A stretch of DNA of 64,000 nt from Azolla caroliniana (Eukaryota; Plantae; Polypodiophyta), in contig JBHGNT010000003.1 of assembly GCA_043228905.1 (NCBI GenBank), forward strand, positions 3,038,001 to 3,102,000, given 5' to 3'. The notes under the pieces are model-generated. The model saw nothing but the letters and a program-made list of their open reading frames with translations. It did no database searches and was not told the origin of the DNA. This document shows, in pieces, positions 23,400-35,679 of this stretch. Positions within the stretch are counted from its first letter, which is position 1. The number at the start of each line of letters is the position of its first letter. The translations under genes were made by a program, and so were the position numbers.

Positions 23400-25260
23400 T
23401 CTGACAAATATATAAGATCTCAAAAGTTTCTTCTCTTCACATTTGATGGTATGAAGTGGGCTAGCCAAAATGCCTTATTGGAAGAGGTGTTGGTATCTCC
23501 TCTATTTCATTACAAATAATACAATGGCAAAAGGTATGTTTGTTTGGTTGCACCTAGCGTGGAGTGGCATAGTTCCTCCTTACATTTGCATGTTTATATG
23601 TTTGTCTCGATCTTTAATTGATGTGAAAAAGGTCATAAGTTGCCTTATCACATTATGATGTAGTTAAGATAGATGTGTATCCATATCAGATGTTGGGAAC
23701 TAGGTTTGCATATTGTTTCCACACGTCAACCTAGCATATTCTACATTTTGCCAAGAGTATAGTGTGAATATAATTTGATCAACTATTGAAAAGTCTAAAA
23801 GAGGCGGTAACAAGTTCCATGTTGTAAACATCATGTCTATCAAAATTTATATCATTACTCAATTGTAATTTAATATATTTTTTAACATTTCTCACTATTA
23901 TTTTGTTAATTAATGTAATTAACTTTAGAACAAGCAGAGAAGTCTTGGTAATCTACCATGACTACGTTTCCAACTTGAGAGGACGTGCTCACAAATCTGT
24001 TCAGGTAGCTAATGTTCTTAGTGAGCCATCTCCCTTTCAAATGGTTTGATCGATGTCTTCTTTGCATCCACTTTGATGATATCGATTAGATAATTTGATT
24101 CTTCTCTTGTTGAAGGTGACCAAGGGCAAGTTAAGATGTATTGGAATGGGGGAGATGCATTCATGTGAAATAAAACATTCTTTTATATGAGGATCCCTTT
24201 TGAGCCAAAAGTTTTGATGGCATAAGTTCCACTATTGTATACCTTTTAGGTTAAGCAAGTTGGTTATTGTGGTTCTTGCACAAGGTCTCTCTTTGTCATA
24301 GGAACCCATTGATTTAATTGAACTCCCAAGATTGGGATCCCCCTATGAATGGTCTCATAGTTGCAATAGGTTAAATGGTCTATAACACGTCACCGATCCT
24401 CAATATATTACTTGCCAATCATTGTCAATAGAGCTTCTTAACCTTTTCATGTGATCTTAACAAAATAAGGCTTCGGTGAAACTGGATGCATTACATGTCC
24501 GAATTGGGAAAGCCTTTTATTGTAGTAGGCCTTTCTTGGTGATGGAGCTTTTGTAAGTTATTCAATTGCAAGACTCTTGTTGCTTTGGCATACAATTTTT
24601 TAACCTTTTTGAAAGAGGCTATACAAAGGGTCTACCACATGTCTGAATTGGGGAAGCCATTTATTGTAGTAGACAAATGGTCCATACTTTTTTTGCACTT
24701 CCATAATTTTGTAATGTGTCTCCTTCATACATTGTATTGCTTCCACTTTAGTTATACAAGGCTTCCTTAGATATGATCCACATAAGCGACTTACAAAAAA
24801 TACTTAATTGACACCAAATATGCTAATTTGTCTCGCAAGCCTGAGATTCAAGTCCTCTTAACCTTAGAGATAGCCCTACCACATACCACAATCATGATTG
24901 TCCACAAGTTGATGACATGCTTGAGTGCCATTTCCTTGGCAATTAATCAATTTTCTTATTGTTCACAATTGTTGGGATTAAATGACAATTTGTCAACTTT
25001 CTTGCCCTCCACAATTGTGGGGATTTACCAACTTTCAAAGAGATAAATTGAAATTGGTCGTAGGTGGAAGATAGGCAACCCATGGAAATCTTTACTACTC
25101 TCCCCAAGGAAGAGTTTGCAAATTCCTATGACCCAATCAAATCCCAAAGTTTCATATGGGAACCTTATTGACATGTTGCATATAATGAATGACACCATAC
25201 CATCCGATCCTTCACTTCCCTCATACCAATACAGTGAAGCGTTTTGACTCATGAGTAAGA
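23400..25260 (-). mobile_element. Highly degenerate L1-type LINE remnant
   Basis: Minus-strand traces resemble RT motifs: (R)QGDP near 24330-24350 and a YLGLPL-like sequence near 24120-24145. No intact ORF remains. Confidence 0.35.
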
Positions 25261-25648
25261 GTATGGTTGCATAGGAGGGTCACAGAATCCCGAGATCTCG
25301 GAATGGTCTTTACACATGGGAAAAGTTATCTTGAATGAAGCGATACCATCTCATTCTTCTTTTCTCTTGTACTGGTCCGAGGGACCGTTTGGATCGGGAT
25401 CTCGTGGAGACAACGTTAGCCGACTGTGTACCCATTCAGATTCCCCCCTTGCCCTGGGCCCTTTTGACACAACACACACACCACACACACCACAGGCTTC
25501 TGCTTTACATATAAAACATTAAAATTCCGTTTGTTTTTTGGGTTTTAATAAACAGAGGAGATCCCCTGTTTTGCCTTCTTGGCATCACCATGTCTTCTGT
25601 GATTCATTTGTTGAAGAAGGTGGATCCCTTCTGCTAATGAATTGATTC

Positions 25649-28600
25649 ATGAAGATGGGTGTCACCAAATGGATCCCAAGATTAGGGTTCATTAGCTTCG
25701 TATGCGCAGACATGGCTATGGCATTCCTTTGGGTCTTTTTGAACTCAATTCTCAGTGTCTCAATAGACATAAATTTGCCCTATATTGGAATGGCAACGAA
25801 GAAACTCGTCAAGAAATCATGTGTTGTGGCGCTGCTCTTTATCTTCTATGGTCTCTCAAAGCTTACCAGAGGAGCTACATATAATCCTCTCACTATCATT
25901 GCTTATGCTGCTGCAGATATCTCCCATTTCCCACTCTATCTTCTTTCGATTCGAGTTCCGGCACAGGTACATGATGAATTATTTTTTTATATTTTTTTCC
26001 TCTATATTTTGTTTAAAAAGAAATGCTTTTGCTCAAAGTCACCACCATCTTCGTTTTCTTCTTCTTCTTATGTTACCTGGTTTATGAAGATTATTGGAGC
26101 TGTGTGTGGCGCATTTGCATCGGTTTCATGCATTCCGAAGATGTACAGACATCTAATGACTGGACCATATCTTCGTGTTTCACCTCATGTAGGAGCTCTC
26201 ATAGAAGGTGTTCTCACTTTTGGGGTTGTGTTTATTGCATTGGCATCGAACATCCGAGGACCCACTAGTGGTATCAGAAAGACTTGGATTACGAGCATCT
26301 CAAGAGTCTCCATCAGCATTCTCGGGGCAAACTATACTGGTCCTGCTATGAACCCAGCTAATGTAACATAATCTTAGCCTTCACTTTTGTTTTATGTCTT
26401 CAATCATCAGTAAATTCTTCTTCGTCAATGTGTCAAAATTTGGTGCATGAAAAATGCAAAAAGAATTATGTGCTAGAATAGCAAGAACACGAGAGTAAGA
26501 AAGTTCAGTGTCATGGAACCAAACTTCTGTTGGTTTTATGACAGTGATAAGACCCATCAAAGAAGGATAGAATTCTAGTGATTTCTTCAAGTAGGCCAAC
26601 TCCCAAACCTAATGCACTTTTGTGAAGTACACCTTGTGAAGAATTGCCGAGATAAGAATGGGCTATATATAACGTGGTTGAGATGTACTAGTTATATTGA
26701 TGAGATGCATGATGTCAGTGGGGATTTATATAATCATGATTGGGGTTCAATTGCGTATTGTTTTACAATAGTTCATTTTAAAAATATTATTCTAATTTAA
26801 TTCAGAATGTCTTCTCTTCTATGGATGTTATGGAGATGTAAGTACAATGTTTTGGACAGATCTATCTTTTACAACATAGGCTTAGAATAAATTAATTAAC
26901 AAGGATGAGATTTTTCTCTGAAAAGTGGCTTCAATTGTGATGTGAGCTCTTTTAATCACTTGGAAGAATTTGTTTAGAATATATCTTTGAGAGGGCATCT
27001 CTACTTCAAATTAACATATATGGTACCTAAAAGAGCCAGAACCTATATCCTTGGGGATATCTCTATCATCCATTTTCTCTTTATAAGAAACTTAAGGTTG
27101 CCCTAGCAAGAGGCAGTTTGATTCTAAAGAGATGTACTTGAGAATAATATGTTATCTTGTTAAGGATTTGGGATATCTGCACAGTTTTGCATAGATGCAT
27201 GATGTGATGATGGACTAGATTGCATAAACATTTTGGATGATTTTATAGCACAAGCCTTGTTGAGGGTGCCAAAGGATCCAATCCATAGAAAGCCTAGGAG
27301 TACCACTTGAGGTCAAAAGCATAGGAGTACCACTTGAGATCTAAAGCATAGCAGTACCACTTGAAAATCCAATCCGCAGAAAGCAACTTAGAACAAACTA
27401 GTAAGCATATATGAATTTCTGTCCATGCATGTATGCATTCCTAATCATACTGATAATGAAATTGATACCACTCTCAATACTCTTCCTGGAAGCTTTCAAT
27501 GTAAGTAGTTTGAAAGCATTCCACCCGGTACAGAGCACTCACATCATAGTCACAGAATGCTCACTCAAAGTCCTGTACAAAAAGCCTCATATGCTAGCGT
27601 AAGAAATAGGAGTAGAAGAGAAAGAGGGGACAAAGGAATGGTGAAACTATAGCAAGGGACATGGTGATAAACACCACATCGTGTAATAAGAACACCCTGT
27701 TGTAATCAAGAGAAAGACATTTATTAAGGGTGGTTTGTATCCCCAATATATTGTTAATTGTGAGAGGAAAGAAGGGTACTCTGGAGATATTCCATTCTAG
27801 AGAGCTCCAATTTGAGAGTTTGCAAGACATACATTTTATTATTGTCTTGGAGGTCAAATATGACCTATGGGACCCATTTGGTACATTTTCACATAGTATG
27901 TGTAGTTGGTCGGTGACTCTCAATGTTTAATATATATACTACTGAGCATTGCAATTGAGAATGTACATTAATAGACTACAAGAGAATTGTGTGTAGGGAT
28001 AGGACTAGATTGACAATGTGAGATGGATGGAGGGAGGGAGAGAGAGAGAGAGAAAGAGAGAGAAAGCTATATTGATGTCTTTTTTGAGGCCAAAACAGAG
28101 TATAAGGCAAAAGTGAGTAACAATTCTCAATCTTCAAGAACTTTACTACTGAACGTCGCAATTTAGAGTGTGCACTATGATTGAGAGAATTTTGTTTAAG
28201 GATTGGACTTGGTCAAAGATGTATGGAAAGCATAGTCATGTGTGATTGAAGGCAGAGTATTGTAGTAAAGTGTGATCCTCAGACTGCCAAACTTGTTCAG
28301 GGAAAATTGTGCATAGTTGATTACTCTCAGCACTTGTTCCTCAACATCCTGTTTCACTTCAAAACAAGTGTGAACTAAATTGTATGGCAAACAATAAGAT
28401 GGGGGTTAACATGTATGGATGTTTGTGGTTTTCCTGTTTGGTGAAGAATATGGTTTTGTAGTTAGTTGTTCATAAAAGAAGAGGTATAAAATATTGAAAT
28501 GAAATTATACGTAGAAAACAAGGAGAAAAGAAACAAATCGCGTCATAGTGTTATGTGCCTAGGAAGGCACGTTCTGGGATGCGGGGGTTGAAAGCCATCG

Positions 28601-31600
28601 CTCGGATGGACTCCCTAACTGGCAGGGATCGGACTGCTGCCAAAAACCATAACATGGGGACTATCCGCTCGCCGCAGGGCTAGTCGTACACAACAGGAGC
28701 AAGGTAACTCCCCCAACATAGGTATTGTAATGTGTTGAACGTGAGGCTTGACATTTTTCTCATGTCATGATACATTGGCATTGCAAAAAGACCTCGTTCA
28801 TAGAAGAATCTATTGATGCATCATGAAGCAAGTGTGTTGCATCGTATCTTTCAAACTATTTATTCATTTCTTGCATTTAATTGGAACACAAAATATTTCT
28901 TTGAAGTTTCTTTCGGATCTTTTTGCTTGCTTCCCATGTGATTCTAGGAAGTTGATGTGAGGAACCTTTTTGAACCTTGAGCAACCCTTTCATAGACATG
29001 ATCTCAATGGGAGGTAATCCCATCTTAAGAAGTAGGGATGACTTGAAGAAACTTTGTAAGACAATGCTTTTGTACATTTTGAAACTCTTTTAAAGTGGAC
29101 CAAATGCCAAACTAATCTATAGAAAACAAGACTGGATGGTGGAGAGGCTTGCGAGAGGATGCGGAGTTTCAAATTCCATTTGATGGCAATGTGTGTTGGC
29201 ATTCTCATCTTCCATTAAGAGTTTAGATATTCATTTGGAGGGTTATGGTTGTGGGATTACCCTTGAAGATGTGCTTAGGTAGTGGAATATTAACTCAAGG
29301 TTGTGTTTCTTTTGCACATATTTCTAGAATATAATATACATCGTTTTACCACTTGCTCAATGTCCAGATCTATTTGGACATTCATATCTGTTTTGTGGAT
29401 TTCCATTCCCAGGGTTTCAAAAACCTGATTTCCAATGGGTCTTTCTAAATCTTGAGTGAATATCGGTTCCATTGCATTTTGAGATAGTGTTTTGTTTCTT
29501 GAGCTAATGGAGCTAATGGAACGTTTGGAGGATGCAGAATGCTCTGTATTTGATGCACAAGCAAGAGTGCAACATATATTAGATGATTGAAAGGTAGTTT
29601 CCTTTGGCAGTTCTCATTTTGGAAACTTCAGGGTTGTTTTTCATCCAAATATGTGTTTTAGTCTGGCACCATATTCAAATAATGCGTTGGCTCCTTTTCC
29701 TAATTGTCTCATAGGTGTATAGGAGCCCATAAGGATCTGTATGGTATCTTGGCGTTGAGTTCTTTGTAGTTTCCATTCTATAATTAATTAAGAAGAGAGA
29801 GAGAGAGAGAGAGGCGTCTCTAAGAGGCCAGAATGGTCTATAAGACCAATCAAGAGATTACATCTTAAAATGTTCTCTCATTGAGAACAAGCCAAATAAA
29901 CATATCCAAGTAAGAAGGTAAATATAAATATATTGTAATTTTGTCTCTGGAATGGAGAGTCTCCGAAGCAAGGAAAGCACCTGCGATGGTGAGAGATAAT
30001 GGCCTTTATCTGTCGATGATAAGGGTGATGAGATCGTGATCCATGAGACCAGGGCTTACATGCATGATAGATTGGTATTGCCCGATTTATTGTAACCCCT
30101 TTGAAATGTCATGGTTGGGAGCCCAGTCGTGTAACCCTTGATTGACTTGTAGCGTAAGTAAGAGTAATGGGGCTAAAGAAAGTTGTGATTGTTCTTTGTT
30201 GATGAGCTTGTGTGGCTGAATTGTTACCTTCAACAACTTCTTCCCATGGCTATAGTTTTGTAGCATGTTGCAGCATATGTAATAAAAAGTGTGAAACATG
30301 AGCCTCTACATCTTTCTGAAGCCAAGATACATTGACAGTATAAAAAAGCCTTATTCATATATAAATCTGTTGATGCTTGACAAATCATGAAACAAATATA
30401 ATGTGTCCCATTGGCCAAACCATTTCTTCATACCTTGCATCCATCTGGAACCCCAAATTTTGTTTTTATGTATTTTTTGAATCTTTTTCTTGTTTCACAT
30501 GTGGGATTCCTGGAAATCAATATGAGGGTCTTTTTTAACTTAAGTATGTAATCAACAACCCTTTCCATGGTTGGCAAGTGATTTTGTCTCGAGGCGTAGG
30601 AGCGTGTATGGCATTTGACCAAAGGGATCGACATATGCCTGTGACTGATGGCCTGTTCTTGTCAGTTCTAACCCAAGGGGTGGCACTTATTTGACTAGAC
30701 AAGATGTAGTTTGGAAACTTCCTGACATGATGGATCCATTTCAAAGCTTCATGTTGAGGTGTTTGAAATAGCTGTACTTTTAGCTTTCATTTTTTATGAC
30801 ATTTATTGTTTTATATTATTGCTCAGGAATTATCCGAAGCTTATAATTATCTGATTTATGTATGTATGCATGCAAGTTTGCTATTGTTTTTCTATTAGTT
30901 TCAAAGGTTTGATTTTGTTGCCTACTGCTGGATGATGGTAATTCTGAGCTTGACTTAATGGAATGATGTCCGTAGCCATCAACACTATTTGCCTGCAATT
31001 TGTAAAGATGTGTGTTTAGAGGCTAGAGGGAGTCTGGATATATCGCATGAAGATACAAATGGCTACCATAATACGAAAGTGAATGGGTGCCCAAATACTT
31101 TAGAACTTCTTCATTTCACGTAACTGATTGGGAAATTTAACATGTGGAAAAATAGGGCCAAGAATCACATTCCCTGTTAGGGGCGATTTTGTGAAAGTGA
31201 TTAATTTTTTATGAAATTGAGTACCCAAATATATTTTGAGCTCTCGCGGACAGGTGCTATCTCTTTATTGGGTTTGTCTAATATCCCCAACAACATAACA
31301 TAGTGTCAGGAATCAACAATGGGATACTTACATTGTATTGTCTATACTAGGAAATAAGTCATACTTTTAACATGGCTTGTTTTTTACTGTAAGGCAGAAA
31401 AGTACGTGAACTTGAGGTAAGGAAACTTTGTAATAGATAACATTGATAGGTATGAAAGGTTCATTGTTAATGCATATAAATTGATAAAGGGCTTTTAAAC
31501 GCATTAAATTCTCGCTTTAAAAAATTCAAGCCAAAAGGTTGGATGAGACTATTGATCTTATGCTATTACGAGAGTTCATGTGTATGGCTTTCAAAAATAT

Positions 31601-31791
31601 TTCAACAGGGTTTCATTGACTGAGTATTTGTTTTGATACAGGCATTTGGATGGGCGTATCTGAAAAACCAGCATAACACATGGGAACATTTCTATGTGTT
31701 TTGGATTGTCCCATTATTAGCTACATTACTTGCTGCTTGGCTAGCTCGTGCCATCCTTGTTCCTCGCAAGATTAAGGAGAAACAAAGTTAA
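25649..31791 (+). CDS. SIP: SIP-type aquaporin (small basic intrinsic protein), 3 exons, about 246 aa
   Basis: Exons 25649-25966, 26090-26362 and 31642-31791 total 741 nt in frame with GT-AG borders. First loop GATYNPL, second loop GPAMNPANAFGWAY, then HNTWEHFYVFW. The C-terminus KIKEKQS carries a KxKxx ER-retrieval motif. Confidence 0.9.
27290..27364. repeat. 27-bp tandem repeat, about 3 copies
   Basis: AAGC(C/A)TAG(G/C)AGTACCACTTGAG(G/A)TC(A/T)A repeated head to tail. Confidence 0.8.
28850..29680 (-). mobile_element. Degenerate LTR retrotransposon remnant in SIP intron 2
   Basis: Minus-strand PBS-like TGGTGCCAGAC (29661-29671) is followed by broken gag-like fragments. LTR-like sequence with AG tracts lies nearby. 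Confidence 0.35.
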
Positions 31792-33245
31792 ATGATGGTT
31801 TGCAGTGAACTCTGCCACCATAGAGTTTAATCAAACAATTCATCAGCAACAAAATTTGTAAACCTTGCACAAGGATAAGGATGTATGATGGTTGTAAAGT
31901 AAAACTATAATACCCTAGTCAATGGAACCAATACAACGAGAGGATTAAATGAGGTAAATGACAAATTTACTACTAGTGATTATTGAACTCAAGATTATAT
32001 TTAACAAGATTCATTAAATTAACTGAGCAGTCTTTTCTGATTAGGAATTAGATCAGAATTTGAAGAATTTGAAAGCAAAACAACATTGAAAATAGACAAC
32101 CTTGATTTTGTTGCTGTATATTCTTTTGCCTCCGTGAAAAAACATATGAGAGATTTTAATGTTGATCAAAGCAGCCTGTTGCTTGTTGTATATTGATTTT
32201 CATCAAATAATTATCATTAAGTTATGAAAAGCTAAACTAGGTTGATGAATTCGTTATGGAAACTGGTATCATCTTAAACATGGATGTGCTGACAATAATG
32301 AATTTGTAAACATGGATATGTTCAAGGATGGAGTATATTCGAGTTTCCAGTGAGGGATTATGCTTCCAGACAACACTATGGCAGCAAGAAATGTATGCTA
32401 GATGTTTGAAGTCTATGTGCAATACCAAGGCATGGCACAAATATGAACCTCTAGTTTAAGTATATATACCTCTTCCTATAATCTTGTCACTTGACTTAGA
32501 GACATTTCTTTGAAGCTCAAAGTGAAGATATGAACGGAAATAAATGCAATGATTGTCTATCACATGATAACCTGAGTATTAAAAATATGATCGACATGCA
32601 CCTACATATCAAAACCTATGTCCAGAAGTTTGCTACCGACTTTGACAGCTTTATGGAAAACATAGTCTTATAAAACGAATTGTAGGTATTTCACATTATC
32701 ATCATTTTTAGTTGATGAAGGACCTTGTTCACATTCAATATTATATGATTGACTTTTATGTTTTTCATTAAACCTCACGTGGTTAGCAACTCATTCCCTT
32801 AACAAACCTATAGTTTTATTTCAAAATGAAGATCTGAACAGTACATGCCTCTTCTTGTATTCATGGCCTTTTGTCATTCTTATCTATAAGATGGTAATAC
32901 AGCCCTCGGTGCTTTTGGCTATGTTCATGAAGAAACATCCAACCATTACGATTAAAAAACAAATTTTAACTTGATCTATCTAATGATAGAGGATCATAGG
33001 TTAATCTTTGGAAAAGTTTTCCAAATTATCAACACATTAAAATGCTACCCCAGAAGAATCTATCGAACATCTAAAAGGATAAGATCACTCCCAAAAGGTG
33101 AGATATGAATTGGATGAAATGCTTTTGCGAAGATGTTCATTTTCTCTCAATTGGACATGCTTTCAGTTTCCAGAAGATTGTGCTCAAGTCCCAACCTGAA
33201 ACATGAACGATGTTGGACTCCTGAACTGTTTTTCTGTAATGAAGG

Positions 33246-34820
33246 TTAGCTTTGATAATAAGCTAGTACTGAATAGACTGTCTGGAGAGCTGACATGATT
33301 AGCAGTAATACGGCGGCGATGCTGGAAAGCCATAACCATGGCCGAGAAAAGAATTTAGCACAGAACTCCACATACATGACTCGCCAGTGGCTCTTGTAGT
33401 GTCCCAATATACTTTTTGTAATCGCTTCCCATCTTTGAGATGAGCATTCAGATATATTGATGCACATCTCATTCCACATTGTGACCAATTTTTCATCACT
33501 CCCAAGATGATTCTCTAACACTCCTGACCTATACAAGATTGTGAGATCTTCAGGGGTATCGATGAGTGAATCCATCATTATGGCATACCCACAAAAGTCG
33601 CCTCCTATTTTTGATGTTAGCTCATATGCAACAAGATTCCTTAAGATATCCTCTGTCTCATCGAACACCGCAAGTCGGGGGAGATCAAGCCTAAGTTTTT
33701 TCCTGTGATACTTGATTACCGATATATTACCTTTCCGAGCCTTAAACTTGATGCCGACCTTCAAGAGCTCTGATGCTCTTGGGAGGCGACAAGTCGGGAA
33801 ACGGACGGGATCTTCTGGCTTTTCTGAATTCGCCTTTTTACGAGAACATGAAATATAGAGATAATCAAGTAGATGCTCGCACTCGAGAACTGATATTCCT
33901 TGTATCAAGTCAGTGAGATCCTTGTGGTGGCTTTCACTCTCAGGGTGACTTATCATAAATGGATTTCTCCTCCAAACAATGTATTGTAAGCAATACACTA
34001 GTTCATTCAATTCAATGTCAGCTTCTGGAAGTTCAGTTATCCTCTTTAGAAATGAAATGGGGAGTTGGTTGCCCATCAAGAATAAATCTCTTAATGTTTG
34101 TGAGAATGTGATCTCGTTATTGATGAAAGTGAACAAGTAGCCACTAGTCTCATCGTCAGGGTTACAATCATGGATCACAAAGAGCAAGAATTCATAGAAG
34201 AAGATGGTATCAACACTCACCAAGAGTTGGAGAGAATCAAAGTTGTATGTTGGGAGGCCGAAATAGATGTTGCTAAGGCCATGGGGGTTGGGGATGACCA
34301 AATCAACTAGCTCTTTGAGGTTTGATATCTTCTTTCTACTCATGAATTCCTTCACACATAGTGCTTTACATCGATCTATAGGGGAAGGCTCGAGCTTCCG
34401 ACACAAGGGGCCAATAGTGACGATCCGGGGGCAATAACATTTGGGCTTCACCTCGAAGAGGGCACGAGGGATCGAGATGATGGCTCGACGCTTCTCAAAA
34501 GCAGGTCTCCGCGCATTTTCTATCTTTCTCTTCATGTATTCTTCCCACTCCTTTTCATTGAGTTTGGGTTGAGGAAGCTGTTCGACGGGAACATTGTGAA
34601 GTTCAGATAGCGGTATACCTCGGTCTCTAATACCAAAAATGTCGTAGTGAAGTTGTGATGATGGCGATGAGTCCATGAAATTGTTGTTGTTATTCTCTAT
34701 TTCTGCTCCTCCTCCATATGGTGAAGAAGGTCGTGTCATAGTAGGAACATAAGGAGAAATAGGTTCATATGGAAATGCCCACTGTGGATCACTCTGATTG
34801 GAGGTCCTTCCACTCATCAT
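33246..34820 (-). CDS. DUF247 (UPF0481) domain protein, 524 aa, C-terminal transmembrane helix; possible extra 5' micro-exon at 35065-35093
   Basis: A long single ORF with DUF247 motifs: YCPRIVTIGP, RDLFLMGNQLP, HLLD, LPRASELLKVGIKFK, LRNLVAYE, YAIMMDSLIDTPEDLTILYRSGVLENHLGSDE. The hydrophobic end is FFSRPWLWLSSIAAVLLLIMSALQTVYSVL. Confidence 0.92.
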   Translation of the reverse strand: MMSGRTSNQSDPQWAFPYEPISPYVPTMTRPSSPYGGGAEIENNNNNFMDSSPSSQLHYDIFGIRDRGIPLSELHNVPVEQLPQPKLNEKEWEEYMKRKIENARRPAFEKRRAIISIPRALFEVKPKCYCPRIVTIGPLCRKLEPSPIDRCKALCVKEFMSRKKISNLKELVDLVIPNPHGLSNIYFGLPTYNFDSLQLLVSVDTIFFYEFLLFVIHDCNPDDETSGYLFTFINNEITFSQTLRDLFLMGNQLPISFLKRITELPEADIELNELVYCLQYIVWRRNPFMISHPESESHHKDLTDLIQGISVLECEHLLDYLYISCSRKKANSEKPEDPVRFPTCRLPRASELLKVGIKFKARKGNISVIKYHRKKLRLDLPRLAVFDETEDILRNLVAYELTSKIGGDFCGYAIMMDSLIDTPEDLTILYRSGVLENHLGSDEKLVTMWNEMCINISECSSQRWEAITKSILGHYKSHWRVMYVEFCAKFFSRPWLWLSSIAAVLLLIMSALQTVYSVLAYYQS

Positions 34821-35376
34821 GTCTGTTCTAAAGATATGTTGTTAGTAATGATCAAGATGCCCTCCCCCTGTTCTGCTCTGCGAGCTTTCCTGCTAAGCTA
34901 ATCCGATCACATGATGATGATGCATCATGGTCCTTTACAGCAGTCATGCAAAAGATCCTCCCTGGTTCAAGGCCCCACGAGTCAAAAGTTGGATTCACAT
35001 TATGGGCTCGTTATGTCAAAAATCTCGACTCGGACAAAAATCACTACCGCAAACCTCTCTGTACCTTCCTTCAGCCTCTTTGCGCATCGTCATCCACGGT
35101 TTCTTGGAAACTTAAACCATGCTTCGGATGGACTCAGATTTTTTCCGCCTTTTTGTAGAACAGATTCGTCAAATTTATCTCTCGTGTAAATTATCCTCGA
35201 TCCCATTAGCAACACAATGCAAGTGGAGTGGATGTGTATGATCATAATGCATGCATGGTGCTCATTGGAATGTTGCTCAAAATGTGAGAGTATAGGTTGG
35301 TCTAAGATCCTAATAGAGAACCAATGGTGTCACCAGAATGTGGGCTTGGGCTTAAGGTATTTCTTGAGGACCCAAC

Positions 35377-35679
35377 TAGTAATCTGCAACGGCTCAGCTC
35401 AAGCTTGAACTGAACCAGTAAACCAATTTTAACAGTTTGACGGTTCGGTTCAGTTTAGGCTTGAGCTTTCTTAACCGGTTTGAGCTCGGTTTGGGATGGC
35501 TCAAGTCGAACCAAACCCGATTTGGGTCAAACCAGTTAAGGCTTAATCGGCTTGGCTAAACCGGTTTAGGAACCTGTTTGTTTCAAGTTTTGAAACTCCC
35601 AAACCGGTGAAGGCTTAACTAGTTTGGTTTGGATAAGGCCAAACCCATTAAGTCGAAATTGAACTGTTGCCGATTCCTA
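35377..35679. mobile_element. hAT-type MITE (about 303 bp)
   Basis: Imperfect TIRs TAGTAATCTGCAACGGCTCA / revcomp TAGGAATCGGCAACAGTTCA. The 8-bp TSD is GACCCAAC (35369-35376) / GACCCAAT (35680-35687). Subterminal AACCGG/GGTTCGG repeats are present. Confidence 0.8.

Noticed and set aside
27290-27364. CRISPR-like repeats
   Set aside because: These are head-to-tail 27-bp units with no unique spacers, there are no cas genes, and the context is a eukaryotic intron.
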